DNA of 64,000 bases from a bacterium (GTDB lineage Bacteria > Patescibacteriota > Dojkabacteria > JAKAPS01), in the NCBI GenBank assembly GCA_021806925.1, contig JAKAPS010000001.1, positions 71,040 through 135,039 on the forward strand, read 5' to 3'. A program made the position numbers and the translations under genes. Of the stretch, positions 52,186 to 62,468 are shown piece after piece. Position 1 is the first letter of the stretch. Every line of letters begins with the position of its first letter. The notes under the pieces were generated by a model. That model searched no databases and had not been told where the DNA came from. It worked only from the letters and a program-made list of their open reading frames with translations.

Positions 52186-52687
52186 TAACTATAGCAACAA
52201 TGTGTACTATAAGAAAAATGGATTTTCACTAGTTGAGGTTTTAATATCAATTGTAATCATCTCAATAGCTTTTAGTTCTACTCTGTTCTTTGCACAAAAT
52301 GCGTTCTATGCAACAAATTCTTCTGGAAACTTCACACTCGCTCTGGAAATAATTAATTCACAAGCTGAAGCAATAAGACAGCTAAGAAGTCAATCATGGG
52401 ATAATTTAATCCCTGGAAGTTATTATGCAATATATAACAGCGTTTCAAATCCTCCAAATCAAATTCAAGGATGGGAATTAATTGCAGGAACTGGCGTTAT
52501 TGGAAATATGTCAATCGAAGATACTATATCTGTTCCATACAGAGCAGATAGTAATACACTCACGACTACAGGAACAACAGCTGATACAAACATGCGTATA
52601 ATACAAATTACCGCCTCCTGGACACAAAATGGAGTTAATTATTCAAAGACAGAATATGAATATCTATCAGACTGGAAACCATTTTAA
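52175..52687 (+). CDS. Type IV minor pilin (PilV-like)
   Basis: NG/FSLVEVLISI, AEAIR. Confidence 0.85.
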   Translation: MHNNNYSNNVYYKKNGFSLVEVLISIVIISIAFSSTLFFAQNAFYATNSSGNFTLALEIINSQAEAIRQLRSQSWDNLIPGSYYAIYNSVSNPPNQIQGWELIAGTGVIGNMSIEDTISVPYRADSNTLTTTGTTADTNMRIIQITASWTQNGVNYSKTEYEYLSDWKPF

Positions 52688-53162
52688 TCGAGGTTTCACT
52701 CTTATCGAAACTATAATCTATATTTCCATATTTATATTTATTTTAACAATTTCAATGTCATTTCTTTTAATAGAAACATTTGATAATACACAATTAAATG
52801 AGACAACAGTTCAGCAAATGACAGGCAGAGATTTATCATATACTATTGGAGAAATAGTAATGAGTGCGGAAAATATTTCTGAGCCTACATATGCAAATCC
52901 TACTTCATCATCTCTCCAATTAACTGATGCAAATTCAAATAACATAGATATCTATTTACAAAATAACACTGTATATGAAAAGATCAATTCAAATTCACCT
53001 ATAGATATTACTGGTAATATTTCAAAGGTCAACACATTAAATTTCATAATTGAATCACAGTCTGGTCAAACGCCAAGTATTGAAGTGTATATAGATATAA
53101 GTGCCCCAAATGGGTTATTTCCACAAAATTTTGATAATGTTTTCTCAAATAGGAAAGTTTAA
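52656..53162 (+). CDS. Type IV minor pilin (PilW-like)
   Basis: RG/FTLIETIIYI. Confidence 0.85.
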   Translation: MNIYQTGNHFNRGFTLIETIIYISIFIFILTISMSFLLIETFDNTQLNETTVQQMTGRDLSYTIGEIVMSAENISEPTYANPTSSSLQLTDANSNNIDIYLQNNTVYEKINSNSPIDITGNISKVNTLNFIIESQSGQTPSIEVYIDISAPNGLFPQNFDNVFSNRKV

Positions 53163-54477
53163 TAGAAACAAGAATATAGGGCAGATAATGGTTCTATCTA
53201 CTATTGTATTTTCAGCAATTCTAATAATTGTATCACTATCAATTGGTGAACTTTCTACTCAAAGCTATATTTCAACTGATAATTCAATATATTCAACACA
53301 AGCTCAATTTATTGCAGAAAGTGCAGTTGAAAATGCAATACTTGAATATGAACAGAATTCTTCATACAATGGAGGAACTTTCACAACTCCTTATGGATCT
53401 GCAACTGTAAATGTTAGTTACAATCAAACAAGCGATGAATTAACTGTAAATACAAGCTCAACAATAAAAGGTTATACAAAAAAATATTCTGTTGTAGTAT
53501 CGATTAATAACAATCCTCAAATAACAAACTATGCACTTTATTCAAACTCTTCACTGTATACAAATGACGCAAGTGTAGTAGGAAATTCATATGTAAATGA
53601 TAACTTTTATACATATTCTTCAACATTTTCTGGAAATATGCTCGCAATAGGAGCAGGAAATGGACTTGGTAATTATGCATATGATACCCAATTCAAAACT
53701 GTTTTAAATGTTAGCAATTCGGGGAATATATATGTATATAACAATACAAGAATAAAGAATTATACTTCTATCGAGAATACTACCTACTACAAGAACAATC
53801 TGTATAGTGATTCCACATCAAATTATGGAACAACAATACAAACTTCTTCACTTGGAAATCAATTAACATCTCCATCATTCAATTTTTCTCAAGCTGGAAC
53901 TCTAGCAAGCCAGAATGGAACATATTTTAATGATCTAAATGACTTTAATAATTATTTAAACTCTGTTGCTACAACTGTTAATGGTGAAACTGTATATAAG
54001 CTTCCAAGTGGAATATATTATGTTGATTGTAGCCTCTCATTTTTTGGATTCTGTATTAATACATTTAGTTTTTTAGACACTAATGGAGAAATATCTGGAA
54101 CAAATGTAAGCATTGTTTTAAATTTCCCAGTACTTTTTTATGGAAGCATAAACATTTCTTCTCCATATGAAAATAACAATGAATACTACCCTTCTCTTGC
54201 AATTAACGGATGGTCTATATTCCTAGGAACAAACAATCCCAATCAAAGCAACTATTTAATATTGAATGGATTACTATACATAAATGGAACAATTGATCTA
54301 TATGGCGTTTCAAACAGCAACACTGCAGATGTAAATGGAGCTATATGGAGTACAGACAATTTAAATTTATATAGTTATACTAACGTTGTATATAATTCAA
54401 CATATATGACTAATCTAGCTGGATTTAATTTCCCTGTTAATCAAAATTCTATTGTCAGTTGGACTGAATCTCCATGA
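53137..54477 (+). CDS. PilX-like pilin with large C-terminal domain
   Basis: IG/QIMVLS lacking Glu5, QAQFIAESAVENA, ends IVSWTE. Confidence 0.8.
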   Translation: MFSQIGKFNRNKNIGQIMVLSTIVFSAILIIVSLSIGELSTQSYISTDNSIYSTQAQFIAESAVENAILEYEQNSSYNGGTFTTPYGSATVNVSYNQTSDELTVNTSSTIKGYTKKYSVVVSINNNPQITNYALYSNSSLYTNDASVVGNSYVNDNFYTYSSTFSGNMLAIGAGNGLGNYAYDTQFKTVLNVSNSGNIYVYNNTRIKNYTSIENTTYYKNNLYSDSTSNYGTTIQTSSLGNQLTSPSFNFSQAGTLASQNGTYFNDLNDFNNYLNSVATTVNGETVYKLPSGIYYVDCSLSFFGFCINTFSFLDTNGEISGTNVSIVLNFPVLFYGSINISSPYENNNEYYPSLAINGWSIFLGTNNPNQSNYLILNGLLYINGTIDLYGVSNSNTADVNGAIWSTDNLNLYSYTNVVYNSTYMTNLAGFNFPVNQNSIVSWTESP

Positions 54478-54551
54478 AAAAAAATTAGCACTTAAGACCA
54501 AATGTATACTAATACATTACAATAGTTCTACTAGCTGTATAACATTAGTGT

Positions 54552-54753
54552 ATGAAAAGAGTTTTGTTTACAAAATCAGTTGAACATATTGATGATTAGG
54601 ATACTATTGTTGTGACTGGAATGCGTCAAGTATGGAAAACCAACCCTCCTAAAACAGGTTTTTGATCATATAGCAAGTAGTAATAAACTATTTTTAGATC
54701 TTGAAAACCCTCTATCTATAAGAAAACATACCATCACTTCATATAAAATATAG
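54552..54753 (+). pseudogene. Remnant of AAA_14/DUF4143 ATPase
   Basis: MKRVLF..DD*DTIVVTGMRQV/GKPTLLKQVFDHIASSNKLFLDLENP: in-frame TAG at 54597, frameshift in Walker A, truncated. Confidence 0.7.
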
Positions 54754-55037
54754 CATATAAATTTTACTCTATATACTCTTATTTAGTGACAACACATTTT
54801 TTTGCAATTTTCGTTCTTTGTTCATATATATCAATACAAGCAAGATATTTTATATAAAAATTTCGCGAAAGATCCGATATAGAAACTTGCTTTTACAGTA
54901 CCAAAACGAGTCTATAAAAAATCAAACTGAATTTGTTTGTTTTGTTGTACGAACAAATAGCTTTTTTTTATAATTTCATTTGTATGCAAGTTCCACCTCT
55001 ATTTGTTAGAGTGTCATATCCCCTAATGTTATACAGT

Positions 55038-58037
55038 TCAACATAAATGAATATTTTCTCTGGATTCGCTGTTAACTAAAAGTTCATTGTTAGCTAAACC
55101 AAAGTCATAAGATGTTTCATCAATATTACACCCACCCCATTCAACAACTGTAAATCCTTTTCTACTTATTCTTTTTATTTTCTGTTCTTCGATTTCAACT
55201 TTACCCTGAGTTTTTTTAAACACTATAAAAACCCTTATTAGTACATCAGGTATCGGATTAATATTCAATTTTGCCAATTTTTCATATTTCATCCCCTGAA
55301 ATGCCACAAGAGACCATTCATTTTTTTTAATTATTGGTCCCCAATATGTGATGAAGTCCTGCGATTCTGAAGAGTTTAAACCAAATTCTTTAGTCCTCCT
55401 TTCCAGGAAATCATATACATCTTTAGAGTGTACAGAAAAGCCACATGATAAATCCCAATTTACTGGGTTATTAAATCCATCCCAAAATATATATTTGTAT
55501 TCTTTTCCTTTATTTGTTAGCGTTCCATTTTTTGCTACATGAATATTCCACTCATTTTTATTATTAATTAATGGATACGTATCTCCTATTTTCCCTTTAA
55601 AATCAAGCCCTATATTAACATTTAGTCCTTGTTTTTTATCTGTATAAAAATAAATCACAGGTTTACGTGTTACACTAAAATTAGGATCTTTGAAATTTTC
55701 TATATCATAAATAATTGGTATTTGACTACTTTCACATTGAACAAGAACTGCCTGTTTACGACTTGGATATTCTACTCTATATATATTATATTTTTGAGTT
55801 TTACCATTCTTATCTTGTTCTACTACACTAATCTTAAATGTTGGCATAAAGTTAGTACTCTCTATTTTTTCTTTTTTTTCATTTAATCTGCGAACTTGAC
55901 TTATCGTCAGACCAAATTCTGAAATTTCTATATTATTAAATTTCCCATCAGTTGATATTTTAATATCGCTTTGACCATCTGTTCCGGTTATACTAAGACT
56001 TCTACTCACCTCCTCATAAATTGTCTGATAATCCAATGGACTTCTTCCGAGGTCTAGACTACATAATTCTAGTGGGACATTAGGAAGTACTAAAGTATTT
56101 TCTGTAGTTGACCTAAAGTTAACAAGATTTTGTGTTAAAAATCTCCTTATTGCTATTACTGCATTTAATTTAAGGTTATATGGTAATTTAATGTCATTTG
56201 CTTGTGTAGATGGGTTATCATTTAATGATTTTATATACTTCCTAACATCATCAAAACAAATAGTTTCTAAGATACCTCTATATTTAGAGTTTAAAAGTCT
56301 ATAAGCAAGATCTTCTATGGCAGATTCTTGACTATTATTATCACCATATATTTCATTATCTTTACTAACTTCAGCACTCGTTTTAGTTAATACTTCACCT
56401 AAAAATGGCATCCCGCTATTAGTTTTTAATAATTCTATAATTGATTTTTTCAAATCATTAGGAAGCTCACTAGGTGACCCTATATTACTACCTCCACAAT
56501 ATGCACCTATACTATATTGAGTATTACCAATATCATGTGATATGATTACATCTAAATAATCCTTTATTGCTCCTAATAACACACTGTCATTAATTGTTGA
56601 TAATCTCATTGACGGATAACCGTTTATATATATACTTATATCTTCAGTGTTTAATTCATTTCTCCCTAATGGAAACTCAATAGAGAACATTCTTGATTCA
56701 CCAAAATAAGGACTACTATTAATTTGGGGTCCATTAAAATTCACCTTCAACATTATTTCATCTGGATCATTAATAATCAGAACCACACTTTCTATGTTTA
56801 GATTATTACCTTTTCCACTTTCTGTTTTTAATACGCTATAAGGAACTATTAGCATATTTCTTATTTCTTCCTGTTTATTACTATTTGTTTGAATGTTATT
56901 ATTTTCTTGAGTTTGTAAGTTCGTGGGATTATTAGAAATATTTTTAAACAAATTTAAGAATGGGAAAGATGGATATTTTGCTTCTAATATACTTTGTAAA
57001 GACTTTATTTTGTCTAATAAATTGCTATCATTTTGGTACGGAATTATTCCATCAGATGATTTAATTTTTAGTTCAGTACAATTGCCTCCTATGTGCAAAT
57101 TTCCTGTACTTCCAACTCCATTAAATATATCTAATAGTAAACCCTTTATATTATTAGATATTGAATTATTATATCTAAAGTTAAACAAGTCAATAATATT
57201 AGTTTCAATAATGCCGACTCTCCCAATATCCATTCTAAAATACACATTATTTATATTTAAACCTGAATTATTATTAAGTGGAAGTATTATAGTAATCGGG
57301 TTTGGAATTGAATATGAACCTCTTCTTAAAACATGTACATTGAATTCAATTGTTTCCTTAGTATTATCTAACGTAATACCTTCAACAACAAACTCCTTAT
57401 TTTTTGTGCTTTGCGTAGTAGTATCTTTCAATAATTTATCAAAAAATTCCTGTGCTTTTTTTTTCTGTTCTTCAAGTTTCATTTCCTCTTCTAATCTATG
57501 TTGTTCATCTATTTTTTTTTGTTCATTAAGACATTTTATTCTTTGTTCTTCTTGTTCTTTTATTCGTCTTATTATATACCTGTTTGATTTATTAAAGTAT
57601 TCTGTTTGTATAGAAATTTTTGATTGATCACTTTCTGACAATCTTGAAGTATATTTTAATGATGATACAAAGCCTACTAGTTCTTCACTATTATGACTAT
57701 TAAAATTGTTAGTTAAAAATGTTAAATCATCAGATATTACAATACCATTTTCTTTTATGTATTCAATTATATTCTTAATATTAGTAAGGTGTTTAATTTC
57801 ATCTTCTCCCTTAGAATATTCTCTTTTGTATTTACCATTATTATATGGGTTTTGATCTTTAGCCACCAATATAATCTGACTGTATATAGGATTTTTATTT
57901 AATACAATTAAAACAGCACTTGCATCGAATTCATCAATTAAATCATTAGGAATTAATAGATAATAAGAAGCAGTAGGTGTAGCACCAAGACTTTGTTCAC
58001 AAGCAATTCTTGTTAATACTATTCCTTCTACTTCCAC
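55038..58037 (-). CDS. Large protein with C-terminal KPVIY...GFTVVEWGG domain of unknown function
   Basis: KPVIYFY, YKYIFWDG, GLNSSESQDFITYW, INPIPDVLIRVF, RKGFTVVEWGG; in frame with 58077..58355. Confidence 0.75.
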   Translation of the reverse strand: MEVEGIVLTRIACEQSLGATPTASYYLLIPNDLIDEFDASAVLIVLNKNPIYSQIILVAKDQNPYNNGKYKREYSKGEDEIKHLTNIKNIIEYIKENGIVISDDLTFLTNNFNSHNSEELVGFVSSLKYTSRLSESDQSKISIQTEYFNKSNRYIIRRIKEQEEQRIKCLNEQKKIDEQHRLEEEMKLEEQKKKAQEFFDKLLKDTTTQSTKNKEFVVEGITLDNTKETIEFNVHVLRRGSYSIPNPITIILPLNNNSGLNINNVYFRMDIGRVGIIETNIIDLFNFRYNNSISNNIKGLLLDIFNGVGSTGNLHIGGNCTELKIKSSDGIIPYQNDSNLLDKIKSLQSILEAKYPSFPFLNLFKNISNNPTNLQTQENNNIQTNSNKQEEIRNMLIVPYSVLKTESGKGNNLNIESVVLIINDPDEIMLKVNFNGPQINSSPYFGESRMFSIEFPLGRNELNTEDISIYINGYPSMRLSTINDSVLLGAIKDYLDVIISHDIGNTQYSIGAYCGGSNIGSPSELPNDLKKSIIELLKTNSGMPFLGEVLTKTSAEVSKDNEIYGDNNSQESAIEDLAYRLLNSKYRGILETICFDDVRKYIKSLNDNPSTQANDIKLPYNLKLNAVIAIRRFLTQNLVNFRSTTENTLVLPNVPLELCSLDLGRSPLDYQTIYEEVSRSLSITGTDGQSDIKISTDGKFNNIEISEFGLTISQVRRLNEKKEKIESTNFMPTFKISVVEQDKNGKTQKYNIYRVEYPSRKQAVLVQCESSQIPIIYDIENFKDPNFSVTRKPVIYFYTDKKQGLNVNIGLDFKGKIGDTYPLINNKNEWNIHVAKNGTLTNKGKEYKYIFWDGFNNPVNWDLSCGFSVHSKDVYDFLERRTKEFGLNSSESQDFITYWGPIIKKNEWSLVAFQGMKYEKLAKLNINPIPDVLIRVFIVFKKTQGKVEIEEQKIKRISRKGFTVVEWGGCNIDETSYDFGLANNELLVNSESRENIHLC

Positions 58038-58076
58038 ACCTTTTTCTTTAATAAGTTCACCACACTCAATTCCACG

Positions 58077-58355
58077 TTATATAACATTCGCAATATCACT
58101 TTTTTCTTCCTTAAAAGACATATTAATTTCATATGTATTATCTTTACGAGAAATCATAGTTTCTTTTAACTCTTCTATTTTTTTAATTTTTTCTTCTAAT
58201 TCTGTGTTATATTTTTTCTCAACATTTTCATTTGTAGGTTGAATTTTATCTGCCTCAGGGTTAGAATGACTAGTTATCATTCTAACTACTTTAGTAAAAG
58301 CATCATGAATTTTATATAAAAGCCAACCTTTACCTGCCTGTTCTTTTCTTGTCAT
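58077..58355 (-). CDS. Probable N-terminal fragment of the 55038..58037 gene
   Basis: Same frame; a single TAA followed by 13 sense codons leads into the GTG at 58037. Confidence 0.55.
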   Translation of the reverse strand: MTRKEQAGKGWLLYKIHDAFTKVVRMITSHSNPEADKIQPTNENVEKKYNTELEEKIKKIEELKETMISRKDNTYEINMSFKEEKSDIANVI

Positions 58356-58457
58356 ACCATTTTATCTTACCACTTTTTATAGTAAATTCATATAGTATTG
58401 CTATTGAAATACCATTATATATGCGATATAATATATCCTATAAGCATAGGTAAAGAC

Positions 58458-59108
58458 ATGGAACAATTTAAATATCCACTTATTACTATAAGGGAAACTC
58501 AAAGGATATTAAATATTGCATCAACCATTGGCATAGTGTTATTATTAACCCCGCTTGCTTCTCCTGTTAGTCTACTGGTACCTGTTTCTGGTTGTTTAAT
58601 TTCTGCCGGATTAATAGGTACATCCATATTACTAAATAAAAAAGCTAAGGAACAAGATAAAAAAATAAATGAATATTTACTTAATTCCATAGACAAAGGT
58701 GTACTTTCATTATTAGATTATATGAATTTAGCAACCAATGTATTTAATGATTTAGAAGCCTACAAAAAATTAAGACTAAACAGCACAGAAGAAATTAACA
58801 AATTCAAAACTGATATTGGAAAAATCATTTCGAATATTGACTTTAATAATAATAAAATAAAAAATAAAAATGCTAAATATAATGATAAATATTATTTTTT
58901 ATTGACAGATATAATTAACCAATTGATATCCTACAAAACTAAAAAAGAATATGCTAATAAATTTGATTCTATTTACAATACAGAAAAGAGAAAAAGATTT
59001 ATGGATAAATATCTTCAAAAGGGATATAGTGTTGGATATATTGAACTTATATATATAGTAGATGAAATAATAGAAAATTATACGGTTAGTAATATAATAA
59101 ACATTTAA
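58458..59108 (+). CDS. Hypothetical protein with N-terminal TM hairpin
   Basis: ATG 58458 preceded by AGGT; two hydrophobic segments then helical domain. Confidence 0.55.
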   Translation: MEQFKYPLITIRETQRILNIASTIGIVLLLTPLASPVSLLVPVSGCLISAGLIGTSILLNKKAKEQDKKINEYLLNSIDKGVLSLLDYMNLATNVFNDLEAYKKLRLNSTEEINKFKTDIGKIISNIDFNNNKIKNKNAKYNDKYYFLLTDIINQLISYKTKKEYANKFDSIYNTEKRKRFMDKYLQKGYSVGYIELIYIVDEIIENYTVSNIINI

Positions 59109-59631
59109 AAAGATCTTAGCCCAATTAATATAATTAGTTTAAAAAAATTATCTTTTTTTATAATAAAATCTTAAAATTATATAAAATTTTTACTGTCTGT
59201 TCGTCTGTAAATAATTTTAATAAATATATTCTAAGAATAAATTTGACTGACATTTAACAATCTACTTGTATATACTCAATAATTAAACTGTATATAATCT
59301 TGAAAAGAATTACGTGTTTTTACAATAAAATATCATCGCGTGATTTTACACTTTTTATAGAAAGATATTCTTTTGATTGGAAAATTAGCATTGAATATTT
59401 CATATATATACAGTAGTGACTAAACTTCATCGTACATTTTGCATTCTGTAATATAGTTGTTGCAGAAGCATAAGACATAGATTCCCAATTTTGTGCTGTC
59501 AAAAAGTCTGCAATGTTTAGATTGTAAGGTATAAAGTAAAGATTTTTAATAATCACTTTCAATACATTTACACACCGTTTGTGTTATTAAATATTCCGTT
59601 AAATGTAAGATAATATATTGACTTTCTCATA

Positions 59632-60494
59632 TTATTCAGTTCCGGGATTCTTTGCTACTCTACCAATACCAATTGCAGATAAATGCTCATTTATCTTTAC
59701 TTTATAAAGAGCCTCTTGACTAAAATTAAAAGTAGGATCATCAATTGCTCTTGCACCTATCTTTAACTCAGTATCAATTTTTAGAAAACGAAGATTTGAT
59801 AATAATCTCTCAATTTCAGGCTGAATTTTTAATGCAACACCACGGCTCAAATCCCCAAAGTGTTGAGCAACTTCTTCAATAGTTTTGTATTTCTGTATTA
59901 AATCCTTTGCTGTTTTAGGACCGATACCTTGTATTCCAAAAATATTATCAGTAGGATCTCCTTTAATTGCCAGATAGTCTCTGTAATGAGGAGGTTCAAA
60001 TCCCCATTTTTTTATAAAATCTTTTTTTTTGTAATAAATACAGCCTCAACTCTAATATCACGTACTAGAGTAATGCGTGTGAGCAAAGTCAAAGTCGTTC
60101 GATGAAACAAATGCTCTACCATATCTTCTTGCAATTTCACTTGCCAATGAACCAATCACATCATCGGCCTCATAATTTGGAGGCTCTATCCATTCAATAT
60201 TACATCGCTCAAGAATGGCTTTAATCATTGGAAGTTGTACATACATGCCTGTATCGTGTAATTCACGAGTCGCTTTGTACTCATGCCGTTCATCAATCTT
60301 GTTTTGAATTCCCGTCTCAGAATCAAATATGATTATGATTTTTCTGGATCTACGGCTTCCGTTATTCGTCTAAGTATTGCAAAAAAGCCATAAACAGCAT
60401 TAACTTTGACACCTTTGAAATTAGCAGCTTCAGGCACACTAAAATATGAACGAAATAAGTAATTACTACCATCTACAATTAAAGTATTTCTCAT
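59632..60494 (-). pseudogene. Frameshifted 5'-3' exonuclease (PolA N-terminal/flap endonuclease family)
   Basis: MRNTLIVDGSNYLFRSYF..NAVYGF / IFDSE..YKATR..YEADDVIGSLA..SNDFDF / GDPTDNIFGIQGIGPKTA; breaks near 60340 and 60040-60070. Confidence 0.85.
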
Positions 60495-60848
60495 AGTCAT
60501 TATGCATAAAATAAGTATACAATAACTAGAGACACTTTGGGATTATTCGACTTTTGTTTTTCTATTCGCAACCAGCATGCCAATGTTCCATACATAAAAA
60601 AAATGAGTTATTAATTCTAATATCCATTATTTAAGTCATTTGTCCAATATTAATTTTCTCACACACAAAAAGCTATGAAATAAAAATATGGATAAATAGT
60701 AATAATGAAGAAAAATTGAACTGAAGACATGTCTAGTTCACAAGTCTTCCCTAGACAATGGAATTATAAATTACTATTTTAATTCCTTTTACTGATTTAT
60801 TTAATTTGTGAGTAACTAATTTCTTGTTATAAAAAATTCCACTTCATA

Positions 60849-61418
60849 CTAATTTATATATTTCTTCTTAAATTTATTAACAAATCTATACATATTAGGA
60901 TCCATCTTTTGTATAGGTGTGCTTAATATATTTTCAATTGTAAGCCAATGAATGTTATAGAATTCCTCATGACTAAAATTCAAAGTTAATTCTGAATTAT
61001 ATTCTAGTGTGTACCATATACTTACATCCGTATGACCAGCCGTTAATCCAACTGTATCTGAAAAAGTTAAAAACATTGGGTTATTATCACCATTGAGAAA
61101 CTTTGCCTCTATGCCAAGTTCCTCCCCACATTCCCTACAAGCTGTGTCTTTAGGGTCTTCATTTACTTCAACATGCCCGCCAGTTGGTAATAGTAATTGT
61201 GCTTTTTTATGATCAACTAAAAGCATTTTCTTTTTTATCTTATCGTAAAGAACAAAATATGAGACCAAGTGTTTTTTGGGAATATCTGGCTTTTGTATAC
61301 GGTAAATCTCAACACCACTATCAACCCAATTCAAGGTGTTATTTATATCATCATATTCAATAGAATCATATGGATTTATTTTTTTGATTTGCTGTTTTAA
61401 GTATTCTTTACTATTCAT
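60849..61418 (-). CDS. NUDIX hydrolase
   Basis: Nudix box GGHVEVNEDPKDTACRECGEELG. Confidence 0.9.
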   Translation of the reverse strand: MNSKEYLKQQIKKINPYDSIEYDDINNTLNWVDSGVEIYRIQKPDIPKKHLVSYFVLYDKIKKKMLLVDHKKAQLLLPTGGHVEVNEDPKDTACRECGEELGIEAKFLNGDNNPMFLTFSDTVGLTAGHTDVSIWYTLEYNSELTLNFSHEEFYNIHWLTIENILSTPIQKMDPNMYRFVNKFKKKYIN

Positions 61419-61456
61419 TTATATATAAGTCTTAAAATGTAAACATAAAAAAACTG

Positions 61457-61531
61457 TGGAGCTGACAGGACTCGAACCTGCGACCTAATGTATGCCATAC
61501 ATTCGCTCTAACCAAACTGAGCTACAGCCCC
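61457..61531 (-). tRNA. tRNA-Ala(GGC), CCA not encoded
   Basis: GGGGCTG TA GCTC..GAGC G AATGT ATGGCAT ACATT AGGTC GCAGG TTCGAGT CCTGT CAGCTCC A; G3:U70 alanine identity pair. Confidence 0.96.
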
Positions 61532-61616
61532 TAAAGATACGTGTATATGTTTACAACTGATTTTATATTAATACATTTATTTTTACAATACTATCAATGA
61601 TATATATTTTCTTTGT

Positions 61617-62000
61617 TTATTCTACTTTAAAGTTGTCAGTTAAATGATTAAAAAGATTAAGAGTTTCAGGTAATTTTTCATATATATCTATTGCAAGAGA
61701 TTCATTATATGTGTGAGATGTTAAGTTTCGCATATCAATAATATCCAGCCATTTTGTATCGTACTGTATAACACCTCTTTTATATGCTTGTCTAAATATT
61801 TCCTTAGGAGATGAATATATTGAAACACCTTCGTATTCTTCAAGATAGGCCTTTAATAATTTCCATGATAAATCAACTGTAATTTCGAATCTTTGTATTG
61901 CACTGTCTCTAACAATATCTGTTTCAGGAATTGATAAAACATCACTGAGACGCATTTTAGCCATATTAAATTTTTCAAGTAGTATCTTTGTTTTATCCAT
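61617..62000 (-). CDS. HEPN (HI0074-like) RNase toxin
   Basis: RDSAIQRFE..WKLLK, SPKEIFR, RNLTSHTY (RX4HXY). Confidence 0.88.
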   Translation of the reverse strand: MDKTKILLEKFNMAKMRLSDVLSIPETDIVRDSAIQRFEITVDLSWKLLKAYLEEYEGVSIYSSPKEIFRQAYKRGVIQYDTKWLDIIDMRNLTSHTYNESLAIDIYEKLPETLNLFNHLTDNFKVE

Positions 62001-62304
62001 TAATATATTCTATATTTTTCATAGCTACATTTTTAAAAGCTGTTGATACCGTAGCAAAATCAACGATATCTATAATATACATGGTATGAATTTCTTCAAT
62101 ATCATCTTTTATCTTCCTCATTATCTCGGGCTTTACAATGTTATTTCCATTTATACCAACATCAATATCTGAATATTCTGTTCCTCTTCCATTAACACGA
62201 GAACCAAAGAAAAAGATATTGTATTCATTCTTATTCAAATATTTATATACAATTTCTGAGATCTCTTTTTTTAGTTTTTCAACAGAATAATGCTCAAGCC
62301 TCAC
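61993..62304 (-). CDS. Minimal nucleotidyltransferase antitoxin (MntA-like)
   Basis: FGSRVNGRGTEYSDID (GSX10DXD), IDIVD; probable GTG start at 62304, 7 nt after TGaTATAAT. Confidence 0.88.
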   Translation of the reverse strand: MRLEHYSVEKLKKEISEIVYKYLNKNEYNIFFFGSRVNGRGTEYSDIDVGINGNNIVKPEIMRKIKDDIEEIHTMYIIDIVDFATVSTAFKNVAMKNIEYING

Positions 62305-62468
62305 ACCTGTTATTATATCATTTACTAATTGAAAGTTCATAATGCGTGTGTTCCCGCTATATCACATTTGCACTATATGAAATACATTGAGATATATATA
62401 AATGGTACATCTGATTTTAGATTAATACATTTATTTTTACAATACTGCTGATTTGTATTAACATTATA

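Noticed and set aside
54336-54342. TGGAGCT match to the tRNA-Ala 3' end as a possible att site
   Set aside because: Only 7 bp and inside the PilX-like coding sequence; chance match
59320-59562. 80-aa ORF in the accessory patch
   Set aside because: TTG start, no motif or clear translation signal; probably decayed sequence
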